A program made the position numbers and the translations under genes. From Octopus vulgaris (lineage: Eukaryota): a stretch of 64,000 bases of DNA. Positions 37,673-51,460 of the stretch are shown piece after piece. The DNA is taken from assembly GCA_951406725.2 (NCBI GenBank), contig OX597825.1, positions 32,798,001 through 32,862,000 of the forward strand. The letters run 5' to 3'. Position 1 is the first letter of the stretch, and every line of letters begins with the position of its first letter. Under the pieces are notes generated by a model, which saw only the letters and a list, made by a program, of their open reading frames with translations, ran no database searches and was not told the DNA's origin.

Positions 37673-38897
37673 TGTTGGACAAAATAATTGGAACACGTGT
37701 TAAATTCAATGAACATTTATTCAATATGGAGTTGGTCCTCCTTTAGCTTTCTGGACAGCTTCAATACATCTATGAATTGTGTCATACATCTTCCTGACTT
37801 CATTGAGTGGAAACTTGAGCTAGTCTTCCTGCAAAACCTGCTCCAGTTGTTGCAGACACGACAATGGAGGGGAATAACTTCTAGCTTGTCGCTCCAAGAT
37901 GCACCACAGATGCACAATAATATTAAGATCTGGAGATTGAGGGAGCCATTCCATGTGTTGTAGCTTACTACTATACTCTTCAAACCAATTCTTAACCACA
38001 TGAGAAGTATATATTGGAGCATTGTCATCTTGGAAGCTGCACTCACTATCAGGGAACAAAGTCTGAACTATGGGAAATACTTTATTTCCCAAAATATTTA
38101 AATAATCATTGCTATTGAACCTACCATGCAGAGCAACGATTGGACCAAGAGAATTCCAAGAAATGGCTGTCCAAACCATCAAAGACCCTCCTCTATGCTT
38201 CACTGTAGGAAGAAGGCAGTCAGGATTAAAAGTTTCCCCGGGCTGCCTTCAGACATAAACTTACCCTGCAGTAGGGAATTGAGAAAAATTGGACTCGTCG
38301 GAGAATATTACTTGCTTCCATTGATCTGTCGACCAGCCTTTGGAATCTCTACACCAGTTCAGCCTTTTCTGAACGTTTTGATGAGAAAGCAGAGGTTTCC
38401 TGATGGTGGCTCTTCCATAATATCCAGCTTTATTGAGTTCATGACGAACAGTTTTGGTCGAAATTGGGCTAGTCAGATGTTAATTCAACTCTGTAGTCAC
38501 TTTAAGGGCAGTTGTCTGGTGATTTTTCATCACAATACGATTCAACACTCGTCGGTCTCTTTCAGAGAGCTCCGAGGTCCTGCCGGACTTATTCCACCTG
38601 CTGGAGTTTTTGCCCTGCTTCTCGAATTCAGTCATGGTCCACGATATGGTAGCTCTCGTGAAACCCTTCGAACTCCAGCACTTCGCCCATTTTCGAACTC
38701 AGTGAGATCACGTATCTTAGCTACGATCTGAAAAACAGATTTATACTACAATCTGAAAAAGAGATAAAAATAAAAATTAAATTAGATAAATAAACCATCC
38801 CCCCAAAAAATAAATAAAACACAATGAAATTTGGATGGATATTCGTATTATAATGGCTCATTGAAATATTGGAATCAAATTTTCACTGTTCCAACAC
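37671..38897 (-). mobile_element. Tc1-family DNA transposon relic
   Basis: End GGTGTTGGACAAAATAATTGGAACAC next to (TA)n; the other end matches only partially (TCCAACAC); contains the transposase pseudogene. Confidence 0.8.
37721..38715 (-). pseudogene. Tc1-like DDE transposase pseudogene
   Basis: Reads ...WKQVIFSDESNF...PTVKHRGGSLMVW...FQDDNAPIYTS...WLPQSPDLNIIVHLW...AKGGPTPY*; several in-frame stops, N-terminal deletion, catalytic E replaced by V. Confidence 0.92.
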
Positions 38898-39003
38898 ACA
38901 CACATACACATATATATGTGTATATACATACATATATATGTATATGTAAATATATATATACATATATATATATATATACATATAAATATGCATATATATA
39001 TGC

Positions 39004-39035
<32 letters not shown>

Positions 39036-39086
39036 ATGTATATATATATATACATGAATGTATATATAAATACATACACGCACGCG

Positions 39087-39124
<38 letters not shown>

Positions 39125-39735
39125 AATATTTCACTTAAGACGTGAAAGCCTGGGTAACCCTATGAACCGGCCATAACTATCTTTAAATATAGATAGGTAG
39201 AGAGAGAGAAAGAGAGAGTGAAAGAAGAGAGAGAGGAAGAGAAAGGCTTAGGAAACTTCTAAATATGGATAAGTATATCTACGTCTATATAAAATTGTTT
39301 AAGAGGCGAACATGTATAATACTTAGTATATCACCATAAGCATTTATACATGTAAATATGTTTAATCTATAGGTATAAATATACATTTGAGTGTGTTTGT
39401 GCAAGAACAGAATCTCTATTCTATATATATAAGGGAAAATATACAGGGTAGGAAAATTATAGAAAATTTTTTACTAGTGGCCTAGCATGCAGAAAATAGC
39501 CCATAGACTGATCCTTCTAGTATGTTAGGTGTCCTGTCAGGATACCGCTTATGTGCTTAAATGATACATGTACACGTGTATACACAGGTACGTTTTATGT
39601 ATGTATGTATGTATGTATGTATGTATGTATGTATGTATGTATGTATGTTACCACTTTGGGATTTTTTAATTCCCGAATGGCAAAGCTGTTTGGGGTTTTG
39701 TGGTTATCCGAAGTAGTTGCCGTTTGCATACGTGT

Positions 39736-39828
<93 letters not shown>

Positions 39829-40500
39829 TGTGTGCGTGTGTGAGATGTGTCTGTGCGTGTGTTTGTGTATGTGTGCGTGATACGCACACCTGCTCTCGTC
39901 TAACAGGTGTACGTATCACATTAATACACATCCATGGACGCTTCATAAGTCTTTAAATTTGTGTTCCATGTGTATATGGGTTCCATATGTGCGAAGTTTC
40001 CATATGTACATATGTTTTTGTTCAATCCAGGAACCTTAAATGGAGAAGCTATGGAATGTTTTGTAAGCTTCTGCTCTACCTCTCATTGACTATATTTGAA
40101 AAATGTGGGCTTCATTCCTTTTTCGATAATCCCAGCATTTCTACGAACTTTATTTTAAGGATCTGTTGTTCTCTAACCTATTTATACTAATGATAATAAA
40201 TAGAACTGAAAATCAATAAACTGGATCTAAGAGCTGTAGGTTTCTCATTAGCTTTCCGCATATATGTTTGTGTGTTTGTAATCCATCTTCTATTTTTAAT
40301 TATTTGAAATCCTCCTGTAAGAAAGAAGTTGATTTCTAACAAAGATGACACAAAGCTCCGTCATTGGGATGTAGATAACAAAAACAAATTCACATTCTAA
40401 AGTTGAGAAAAGGCTTGCATATATTTCTGCTCCACTTACAGATTGTATATGCAGCGTGCAAATTATCGGGTTCATCTCTTTCGTATGTGTCCATGCATAC

Positions 40501-40533
<33 letters not shown>

Positions 40534-40617
40534 TGTGTATGTATGTATGTATGTATGTATGTATGTATGTGTGTATGTATGTATGTATGTATGTATGTAT
40601 GTATGTATGTATGTAGT

Positions 40618-40866
40618 GGAGGCGCGTGGCTTAGTGGTTAGGGTGTCGGCACCATGATCGTAAGATTGTGGTTTCGATTCCTGGACTGAGCGACGCGTTG
40701 TGTTCTTGAGCATAACACTTCATTTCATGTTACTCCAGTTCACTCAGCTGGCAAAAATGAGTAACGCTGCAATGGACTGGTGTCCCGATCAGCTGGGGAA
40801 CACATATGTCATAGAAACCGGGAAACCGGGCCCATGAGCCTGGCTAGGCTTTAAAAAGGCGCATTT
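40618..40866 (+). mobile_element. tRNA-derived CORE-like SINE (family D)
   Basis: GGAGGCGCGTGGCTTAGTGGTTAGGG and GGTTTCGATTCC, then TTCTTGAGCATAACACTTCATTTCATGTTACTCCAGTTCACTCAGCTGGCAAAAATGAGT. Confidence 0.85.
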
Positions 40867-41261
40867 CTTTATTTATTTTTATTATGTATTTATGCATGTA
40901 TGTATGTATGTATGTATGTATGTATGTATGTATGTATGTATGTATGTATGTATCTATCTATCTATCTATCTATCTATCTACCTACCTACCTACCAGCATG
41001 ACTTACCAGTATATGCTGCATACTATGGCTGGCTGTAGCAGCGAAAGGCAAAACACTCAATGAAATTTTTCATAGTAGTATGAAGACATTTGTGTGTGTG
41101 GAAGGTAAGCTCTCGGAACACCTGCTGCAACAGGCGTCCATCGTTAGCACATCTGTGCAAAAGAATGTTAGTTCCTAGCCGGAATGCAAAACCAAATCTT
41201 TGCTACCCATGTGTAAGAGAACAATCAAGCGATTGCGCGAAATAGAGCTGCAGACATTATG

Positions 41262-41592
41262 TATGTTGTAAACTGGCTCTCCGTCGGTTACGACGACGAG
41301 CATTTCAATTCATCCGATCAACAGAACAGCCTATTAGTGAAATTAAGGTCCAAGTGGCAAGGTGCTCCACAGACACGCATACCCTTAACATAATTCTCAG
41401 GGAGATTCTGCATGATACAGAATGTGCCAAAACTGGCCCCTTTGAAATACATACTACTTATTTTTGCCAGGTGAGTGGACGGGAGCCAGGTGAAATAAAG
41501 TGACTTGCTCAAGGACACAGCGCCGCCACGAATTGAACTTACGACAATACGACCGTGCGTCGAATACCCTAACCACTAAGCCACGTGCTTTC
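41262..41592 (-). mobile_element. CORE-like SINE (family D-related, different 3' part)
   Basis: Reverse strand head GCACGTGGCTTAGTGGTTAGGG, then GTCCTTGAGCAAGTCACTTTATTTCACC; forms an inverted pair with 40618-40866. Confidence 0.75.
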
Positions 41593-41730
41593 ACAGTGTA
41601 CATGTCATACGCTGCTGTGTTGCTTTGCAATCTGAGGATCACGTGAAAGGAGCAACTTGTAACTGCGGAATGCTCAGCCACATATACGATAATTCAATGA
41701 ATTTATATACATATATATATATACATATAC

Positions 41731-41786
<56 letters not shown>

Positions 41787-41804
41787 TATATAGCTCACTC
41801 ACTT

Positions 41805-41862
<58 letters not shown>

Positions 41863-41872
41863 ATATATATAT

Positions 41873-41907
<35 letters not shown>

Positions 41908-41914
41908 TACATAG

Positions 41915-42122
41915 ATACGTGGATCCAAGAACAAAAAAGGTCAAGAGAAAAAACAAAAGTCAGACGCACACAGTGAATGTATTAAAGGTTGAAGATCATT
42001 CCTAGTTTTTGACGGGAAAATAGTTGCAATGACGTTCCGAGCATGGCTCTTCGTCGGAAAGAGGAAAGAATTAAGAGAAGAGAAAAAGGGGGAGGAGCAG
42101 AGTGTTCGGAGAAAAGCACGTG
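41915..42122 (-). mobile_element. Penelope-like fragment with degenerate hammerhead (42028-42062)
   Basis: Reverse strand TTTCCGACGAAGAGCCATGCTCGGAACGTCA, two core substitutions relative to 13811-13845. Confidence 0.5.
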
Positions 42123-42141
42123 TATATATACGTATGTATGC

Positions 42142-42173
<32 letters not shown>

Positions 42174-42430
42174 GCACATATACATACATACATACATACA
42201 TACATACATACATACATACATACATACATAAGTGCGTGTGCGTGTGTATGTGTACAGAAGAACATCTAATAAACATACATATTTACCAACGATGTGCCAA
42301 GTGCCCTTCTGGTTTAAAACCGTATTTGTTTCTATCAACAGCCAAAGGTGTTTATTAAACATACGCATGGGAAGCTATTTACATAATACCTACGTACAAA
42401 GGTGTGTGTGTGTGTGCATACATACATACA

Positions 42431-42477
<47 letters not shown>

Positions 42478-42619
42478 GTGTGCAATCTTGTGTGGGTGTG
42501 TGCATTTATACATGTACCGATACATGTTAGTATAAATCAATATCGGTTTACTTTCATTATCCTTCCCTGTTCATGCTTTCACAGTCTGAACGAATTTATT
42601 TTATATATGCATATTTTCT

Positions 42620-42736
42620 GTCTATCTTGCTATCTGTTTATCTCTCTATTCACCTATCTTCCTATCTTCTTTAATCTAAGTATTTGTCTGTCAATTTGCC
42701 TGTCTGATTATGAATTTTTCCGTCTGTATTGAATTT

Positions 42737-42807
<71 letters not shown>

Positions 42808-42922
42808 ACCTATCTATCTATCAGTCTGTCTGTCTATCTATCTATCTGTCTATCTATCAATCTACCTATCTTTGTCCATCTGTCTATCTATCTGGTCGTT
42901 TGTCTCTCTGTCTGTTTATTTG

Positions 42923-42958
<36 letters not shown>

Positions 42959-43267
42959 CATAGCTAACTATCTATCTATTTCATCCTACAAAAGAAAAGC
43001 TCTACCTTGTAATTTGTCCCATCTGTGTGCAGCCCTGTGTAGCCAATAAAGAAACTTATCTATCTATTTATCTGTATATCTGTATCTTTGTCTGTCTATC
43101 TGCCTATCTATTTATCTATCTATCCATCTATCTGTCTGTTTATCTATCTATCTACCGATCTATCTACCTACCTACATACCAACCTACCTATCTGCCTGTC
43201 TGTCAGTCTGTCTTCTGTCTGTCTATCTGTTTGTCTATCTGTCTATCTAACAATCTATTTATCAATT

Positions 43268-43341
<74 letters not shown>

Positions 43342-43700
43342 TATCTATCTATCTGTGTGTGTGTGTGTATCTATTTGTCTGCCTTTCTGTCTACCTATCT
43401 ATCTCTGTGTTTATCTATCTCTTTCTGTCTATCTATCCGTCGGCCTGTCTCCCTGTCGGCCTGTCTCCCTGTCGGCTTGTCTGTCTGTCGATCTATTTTG
43501 GTACACGTCTGTCTGTCTACCTTTCTATCTGTCTCGTTCTATCTGTCTCTCCATCTGGTTATCTCCCTATTTGTCTATTCGTCTATAACATCGTATTCTT
43601 GCTCATTCATCCATCCATCCATCTATCAATCCATCCGTCCATCCGTCCATCCTTCCATCCGTCCATCAGTTCATCCGACCGTCTAATTAAATGTCCGACC
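42620..43700. repeat. Compound (TTTC)n/(TCTA)n/(TCTG)n/(TC)n/(TCCA)n low-complexity region
   Basis: Direct inspection. Confidence 0.9.
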
Positions 43701-43852
43701 ATCCAGCCAACAGTCGAGCCGATCGCCATACTGTCCGTTTCTGTGTGCGTGTTGTCTCTCTATCTACATCATACACGGTACACATAATGTAGACGGACGG
43801 ACGGACGGACGGACGGGTAGGCAGACAATCAGATATACATACATATATATAT

Positions 43853-43899
<47 letters not shown>

Positions 43900-44062
43900 A
43901 TATCTTATATACATATATACATAAATATATACATTCGTGTGTATATGTATATATATATATATATATATACACACACATATATATACATATATCTATATCT
44001 ATATATATATATATATATATATTTTACATACATACATATATATATGTATATATATATATATG

Positions 44063-44115
<53 letters not shown>

Positions 44116-44243
44116 TTATTTATTTATTTATTTATTTACTTTATATTAAATTTTTTTTTTTATGTATTGATTAAGTCTTTCCTTGTTTGATTTGCAAAAT
44201 AGTGGTTTTGTCTCTAATTAATATTATATATATACATATATAT

Positions 44244-44313
<70 letters not shown>

Positions 44314-44691
44314 CACATATATATATATATTTATGTGTGTATGTATGGATATATGCATTGGTGTATGTATACTGTATGCCTGTGTGTATGTGCCTGTGTA
44401 CATGTGTGTGAGTTTGCGTGAGTGCTTGTCTGTCATATCCGTCTGCTTGACTATGTGACTGTATTTAATATGGTTAAAAATCTTTATCCCCGTCTCTTCC
44501 AGTTCAATATGATGCACACAGCGTATAAAAGACATTATTAAAGCTAGAAAATCTGAAATAATATGCCAGCTCTATGAATCTTGTCTATCATTGTCTGTGT
44601 GTCCCGCAGCTGACATCAGTCCGTGTATGAACGAGTCTGTGCGTCTGTCTATCTGTCTGTCTGCATCTGCATGACTACGTCTCTCTTTACC

Positions 44692-44876
<185 letters not shown>

Positions 44877-44878
44877 CA

Positions 44879-45285
44879 GAGAGTGGCTGTGTGGTAAGTA
44901 GCTTGCTAACCAACCACATGGTTTCGGGTTCAGTCCTACTGCGTGGCATCTTGGGCAAGTGTCTTCTGCTATAGCCCCGGGCCGACCAATGCCTTGTGAG
45001 TGGATTTGGTAGACGGAAACTGAAAGAAGCCTGTCGTATATATGTATATATATATATATGTATGTGTGTGTTTGTGTGTCTGTGTTTGTCCCCCTAGCAT
45101 TGCTTGACAACCGATGCTGGTGTGTTTATGTCCCGTTACTTAGCGGTTCGGCAAAAGAGACCGATAGAATAAGTACTGGGCTTACAAAAGAATAAGTCCG
45201 GGTCGAGTTACTCGATTAAAGGCGGTGCTCCAGCATGGCCGCAGTCAAATGACTGAAACAAGTAAAAGAGTAAAAGAGTAAAGAG

Positions 45286-45287
<2 letters not shown>
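44879..45287 (+). mobile_element. SINE family C, full length
   Basis: Near-identical to 15315-15740. Confidence 0.92.
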
Positions 45288-45352
<65 letters not shown>

Positions 45353-45545
45353 ATATGTATATATACATATATAAAATTCATGAATACACACAAACACACA
45401 CACACAAATACAGAGACATATGCAGACAGGCAGACAGCCGGGGCAAGTGGTTCATTTAGCCAGATAGATACACACGTGTATACATACACATATGCAAGGA
45501 AGAGCATTCATACAATATGTATGTAACTATATGTTTACGTTTGTG

Positions 45546-45593
<48 letters not shown>

Positions 45594-45594
<1 letters not shown>

Positions 45595-45690
45595 TTTATT
45601 TAAAAGCAGCAGAAAATTGAATTTTCTGCTGCTTTTAAATATAGCATATTACTCTACCCCTGGTATTTGAGTACTCTTTTTACTCCGGTA
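45594..45690. mobile_element. Palindromic Penelope-like fragment in (TA)n
   Basis: TATTTAAAAGCAGCAGAAAATT-G-AATTTTCTGCTGCTTTTAAATA followed by GGTATTTGAGTACT, a motif echoed (GTATTGAGTACC) after the 54822 palindrome. Confidence 0.6.
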
Positions 45691-45747
45691 TATATATATA
45701 TATACACATAGGTATGTGTGCACACAAACACACATACAGATACATAT

Positions 45748-45784
<37 letters not shown>

Positions 45785-46659
45785 TCTGTGTGTGTGTATA
45801 TATATCTACCTACCTACCTACCGTCCATATATATATATATACATGTACACATACATGTGTGTACTTATACAAATATATATACATGTAATGTATAAATATG
45901 CATATGTATGTATGTAGGTAGGTATGTAGGTAGGTAGGTTGGTATGTATGTATGTATGTAGGTAGGTAGGTAGGTAGGTAGGTAGGTAGGTAGGTAGGTA
46001 GGTATGTAGGTAGGTAGGTAGGTAGGTAGGTAGGTAGGTAGGTAGGTAGGTAGGTAGGTAGGTAGGTAGGTAGGTAGGTATAGGGAGAAATGAGAGAAAG
46101 ACAGGAAGACAACCAGGCAGATATCTAGTGTAGTAGTCACGAAATTAAAGAGACAAATAAATAAATAAATAAATAAAGACATAAATAAATAAATAAATAA
46201 ATATGTCTACACATGCTGCACAGATGAATTGTTGAGTAAAGGAAGTGAGAGGTCTGACTATGCATACAAAAATGTGTAAAAGTGAAAACAGACAGAATAG
46301 TTTTCAACATAGAACATCGTCCGGTTATATAATGAGGGTCATCAGGTGCATGTATCAACACAAATATCAAAGATTCTCCATTTGATGATAAACTTCTGAG
46401 AGAAACACAATATGTTCTGCTCAGTTCAAAACTTGCTTGATATGTTCTACAACCGACATTTGGTTCAACATATACGCAGAAACATAAATCTAAGCCTGCT
46501 TACGAGTGTGTGTATGTGTGTGTGTTTGTGCACAATATGTACATACATACATTCACATATACATATATACATATCATACATACATTCACATATACATATC
46601 ATATATACATATCATATATATGTATGTATAGTATTTATATATATATTTGTTTGTTTGTT

Positions 46660-46864
46660 TGTTTTTCCAGTTTCAGCTCTTGAGCTGTGGCCATGCGGGG
46701 GCACCGCCATTGTGGTGAAAGAGTACAGTAGGGATCACCACCCCCTGCCGGAGCCTCGTAGAGCTTTTAGGTGTTTTCGCTCAATAAACACACACAACGC
46801 CCGGTCTGAGAATCGAAACCGCGATCCTGCGACCGCGAGTCCGCTGCCCTAACCACTAGGCCAT
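46660..46864 (-). mobile_element. SINE family A with GGCGGTGCCCCCGCATGGCC-type tail
   Basis: Head and body as at 931-1157, different tail. Confidence 0.85.
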
Positions 46865-46904
46865 CTATATAATATATATAGATAGATAGATAGATAAAGA
46901 TATT

Positions 46905-46950
<46 letters not shown>

Positions 46951-46993
46951 ATATATATGCATTATATATATAGTATATATATGCATATATATA

Positions 46994-47051
<58 letters not shown>

Positions 47052-47145
47052 ATATATAGATATATATTTTGATAGATAGATAGATAGATAGATAGATACA
47101 TACATACATACATACATACATACATACATACATACATACATACAT

Positions 47146-47380
47146 AAGGCGGTGAGCTGGTAGAAACGTTAGCACGCCGGGCGAAATTCGTAGCCGTATT
47201 TCATCTGTCGTTACGTTCCGAGTTCAAATTCCGCCGAGGTCGACTTTGCCTTTCATCCTTTCGGGGTCGATAAATTAAGTACCAGTTACGCACTGGGGTC
47301 GATGTAATCGACTTAATCCCTTTGTCTGTCCTTGTTTGTCCCCTCTGTGTTTAGCCCCTTGTGGGTAGTAAAAAAAAATA
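47146..47380 (+). mobile_element. SINE family B, full length
   Basis: AAGGCGGTGAGCTGGTAGAAACGTTAGCACGCC...GAGTTCAAATTCC...GGGTAGTAAAAAAA. Confidence 0.9.
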
Positions 47381-47419
47381 TATACATACATACATACATG
47401 TATTCTTCCTGCTATTGTT

Positions 47420-47600
47420 TCCTTGTTTCAGTCTTTGGACTGCGGCCATACTGGGGCATTGCCTTCAACAAATCAACCCCAGTTCTTATTTAAGCTTGGT
47501 ACTCACACCAGGTTTCGTGGACGTGAAATAACTAACACCAGCTGTCAAGCGGTCGTGACGGACAAACACAAACACAAGGACGCACACATATACACACACA
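47420..47600 (-). mobile_element. SINE family C tail half, diverged
   Basis: TTGTTTCAGTCTTTGGACTGCGGCCATACTGG. Confidence 0.6.
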
Positions 47601-48234
47601 CACACACTTTTTGTGTATCTTTATGTATGTGCAGTGTGTGTTTAAATCTGTACTTTGTATCTTGAGCTCTATTACTCAAAACACTGCTCAGTAGGTTATA
47701 AGAGCTGAGTCAAAATTCTTTTTATTACGTAATGCTTAAAGCAATGCAAAAGGACACATCTGGACACGTGTTTCTGCCTCATACAAACATCATCAGCACA
47801 TACCAGCTAGGTCTCCCTCAAGTCTCTATTTAAAAGAGCATAATGAATGGTAAATTCTCCGTCGTTTTCGATGATGAGTATTCACTTCTTTAACCAATTT
47901 ATTCTTCACTCGTTGAATATTTCACAGACCAGTGTCATCTTGAATTAATTCCTCGGATCGAATCAAAGTATGGATCTTATGTTTACAGGTACAAGACAGA
48001 GAAGGGGAGATAAAGTTTAAGAGAAGGAGAGGTCAACGATGGTTTAGAGACTTCCTCCTTTCCATGATGTTTATATGATTATTGTTGTTGATCTTGTTGT
48101 TGTTATTAAGAATCTACATCAGTAGTCTTTAAGTAATCTCATGATCAAAGGCTTTCCAGCCGTGACCGTCAAGCTTTTTTCTTTTTGCTTTCTTATCTTC
48201 TTTAGATTCTGAACTACATGGGCACCAATGTACT

Positions 48235-48456
48235 CTTCTTCTTCTTCTTCTTCTTCTTCTTCTTCTTCTTCTTCTTCTTCTTCTTCTTCTTCTTCTTCTT
48301 CTTCTTCTTCTTCTTCTTCTTCTTCTTCTTCTTCTTCTTCTTCTTCTTCTTCTTCTTCTCCTCCTCTTCTTCTTCTTCTTCTTCTTCTTCTTCTTCTTCT
48401 TCTTCTTCTTCTTCTTCTTCTTCTTCTTCTTCTTCTTCTTCTTCTTCTTCTTCTTC
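48235..48456. repeat. (CTT)n/(GAA)n tract of about 220 bp
   Basis: Direct inspection; one (CCT) interruption. Confidence 0.95.
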
Positions 48457-48603
48457 ACGAGACAGTATGATGTGATTTGAAGGAGATTAGGCTATTACTT
48501 TTAGCTAGCCAAGCACATCAGATTGTTTATAAAAACAGTGATTGACTTACCAAAGGCAACTTTTAAGATAAGAGCAGTAACAACAACAACAACTACAACA
48601 ACA

Positions 48604-48652
<49 letters not shown>

Positions 48653-49049
48653 ATATGATTACTGCTACCAGTACAAGACCAAACATTTTTGTATTTTCTG
48701 TGGTTTTTCGTAATTATTGGAAAGAATCAATGAGTGATTAACTGAATTGTCTCATTTCTTGAACAGAGCAAAACCATTATGGTTTATGGACAGAAATGCA
48801 TTTCCCAAGAGTATTGAAGATGTAATTAAAATGAAGCAGTTCTTAAGAGAATTGAAATCAGTTCGATTTGTCGAGAAGTTGTCACCACAAGAGATTACGA
48901 CAACTTCCACTACGTGAGTGGTTGTCTGATCTGCTAGAAATAGCAGCCACATCACATCACTAACTTCTTAGAACAGGACGCATTGGATACAGAGGTGGTG
49001 GGTTCCCTTGCATATAGGAAAAAGGAGAGATTGTCACGGCAGGAGTGTG

Positions 49050-50800
49050 TTACACTCATTTTGCTTCTCTGTGTCTTCTATATGTGTTGTGAATGTTGTT
49101 AGGGTCACGTATGGTGTAACCTTTGGTATTTTTGTCTTCTGGGATGTGTGGTGTTTATGTTGATGAGCGTGATGGCTGGTTGTACTTGCTAGCCTTTTTT
49201 TTTTCTGGTGGGGAGCATTGCTGATAAAAGAAAAAGGACAGTGGTTACGGTCGGTGTTTCTTCAAATCTGTTGTTGGATTGCCAGGTTTGTAGGTGATTT
49301 ATTCAGGGTTGAAAAAACTGTGCAGCAGAGTCTAGAGGAGGCTGTAGTGAAGTGGTCAATGTTGACCCTTGGGTGGGTGGCGATGTTGTGGGTTTATGTA
49401 GCCATCCATGGGTTGGGGTTGGGGCGATAAATACCTGAAACGATTTTGAGCAATAAGGGTACTGTTTTATCAGCAAACTGGATCTAGTAGAGCGCCGCAA
49501 TATAAGGCTAAATCTCAATAATTTTCAGCCAAATATCGATGCAATAACTAATATTCAACAAACATATTTTATATTAAATATTTCAATAATATCGATATGA
49601 CTGAATGTTTATTGTTTTTTTCTCAATTTTCATTAAATTTTCATTAAATTTCTTTAAATATTTCTTATTAAAAACCAGTAATGTCACAAGCGAACGAAAG
49701 AATTTTTTTTTATTAATTATACTTTTTAATTTCATTTTCGAAATTTGCATGTTGGTGTTCCATTAATTGTCAACTTATTCCATGAAGGGGGCCATGATTT
49801 AAGACGTTTGCCGACCCCTGGTCTTAAGTGATAGAGTTGTGAGTAGGGCTTCGTCAGTGTATGAGGTTGTCTCTGTATTTTATGGAGAATGGGGTAAATC
49901 TTGTATACTCTTTACTCTTTTACTTGTTTCAGCCATTTGACTGCGGCCATGCTGGAGCACCTCCTTTAGTCGAACAAATCGACCCCAGGACTTATTCTTT
50001 GTAAGCCTAGTACTTATTCTATCGGTCTCTTTTGCAGAACCGCTAAGTTACGGGGACGTAAACATATCAGCATCGGTTGTCAAACGATGTTGGGTGGACA
50101 AACTCAAACACACAAACATATACACGCACACACACATACATACAAGCATATATATATATAAATACATATATACTACGGGCTTCTTTCAGTTTCCGTCTAC
50201 CAAGTCCACTCACAAGACTTTGGTCGGCCTGAGACTATAGTAAAAGACACTTGCTCAAGGTGCCACGCAGTGAGACTGAACCAAGAACCATGTGGTTGGT
50301 AAGCAAGCTACTTACCACACAGCCACTCCTAGTATATGTTAAAAATAAAAAAGGAGTTAGAGGCCGGATCCCTGTGGTATTCCATTCGGAAAACTGCAAG
50401 TTCTGGAACTGTTGCTATCCTCTTCAACTAGAAGCATTTTTAGTTATTCTTTAAGGTGATGTTGAGTTTTTTTTTTCTTTTTCTTGCATGAGCGGATAAT
50501 GGGAAATGAAGTGAAAAGCTTTGTTGGTGGTTCGAAGAGAGGTAGATGTGAGAGATTTATCCTTGTTGAAGCCATCTTGCATTTATTCACTGCGTTAGGC
50601 CCATTAATAGTTTGGTGTTTGAGTGCAATGAACTGAATTGGTGTTGTGCCTTGTACAGGAAAGTGCATGGGTTAGGGTTGTCAAGGACCAGCATTTTTGG
50701 AAATTTCTGAGTATGTTCAGAGGAGAACGATACATCTGACGGGTACATAGATAGACAGCTGAGTGGATATAGTGCAATACGATCAGAACTGTTGTATTGC
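49050..50800 (-). mobile_element. Ancient fragmented LINE reverse transcriptase (I/Jockey-group-like), interrupted by a SINE and a MITE
   Basis: Reverse strand, in order: AQHQFSSLHSNTKLL..LTQ*I and GFNKDK...NKAF (QHGFR..HST and SKAF-like), TTSYTDE (YADD-like, about 49850), LQPPLDSAAQFFQP..NHLQ (post-RT); heavily decayed. Confidence 0.45.
49906..50329 (-). mobile_element. SINE family C, full length
   Basis: Colinear with 14433-14887. Confidence 0.9.
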
Positions 50801-51176
50801 ACTCCTTACGATGCATAACTGCATGTCGGAGTGCACAGCATGGTCCTCAGACAAACACATTGTATAATCTTGGAAGATTGGTCAGTGCGTGGCGTCCCGC
50901 TTAATCATTTGACCAACAGCAACTACGACGAGTTACAAAGCGAGACAACGAGAGACCATCTGCGCACTCGTCCGACGTACTAGAAATAGCAGCTGAATCT
51001 TTTTCAACGCGAACCACAGAAATAAACAACTAGAAAAATGACTGGCAGCAAAATATTTAGCATAATTCACGCTGATAAGGAGTGAAAACGCAATGATAAT
51101 AAGCCTACCAGCTCTATCTTCTTTCATAATTCTATCTCCTTTCTCTCTCTTTCTCTCTCTTTCTCTCTATTTCTCG

Positions 51177-51228
<52 letters not shown>

Positions 51229-51254
51229 GAGTTACGCGCATGCATATATATATA

Positions 51255-51460
51255 TGGCTTGGCTGTATGGTAAGAAGTTTGCTTTCCAACCACATGGTTC
51301 TGGGTTCAGTCCCACTGTGTGGCACCTTGGGCCAGTTTTTTCTAACTTTGGGCCAACAAAAGCCTTACAGTGGATTTGGTAGACGGAAACTGAAAGAAGC
51401 CCGTCGTATATATCTATAGTTGTGTGTGTGTTTGTATGTGTCTGTGTTGTCTTGTGTTCA
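51255..51460 (+). mobile_element. SINE family C head half
   Basis: TGGCTGTATGGTAAGAAG...GGGTTCAGTCCCACTG...GGTAGACGGAAACTGAAAGAAGCCCG. Confidence 0.8.

Noticed and set aside
38126-38731. 201-aa + strand ORF
   Set aside because: Antisense shadow of the Tc1 transposase pseudogene.
39960-40500. Unique-looking segment with short ORFs (39987-40190 +, 40296-40502 -)
   Set aside because: No recognisable motif, splice context or repeat homology that I can support.
41630-41660. CTGAGGATCACGTGAAAGG hammerhead-like boxes
   Set aside because: Stem II too short and no stem I or III complementarity.
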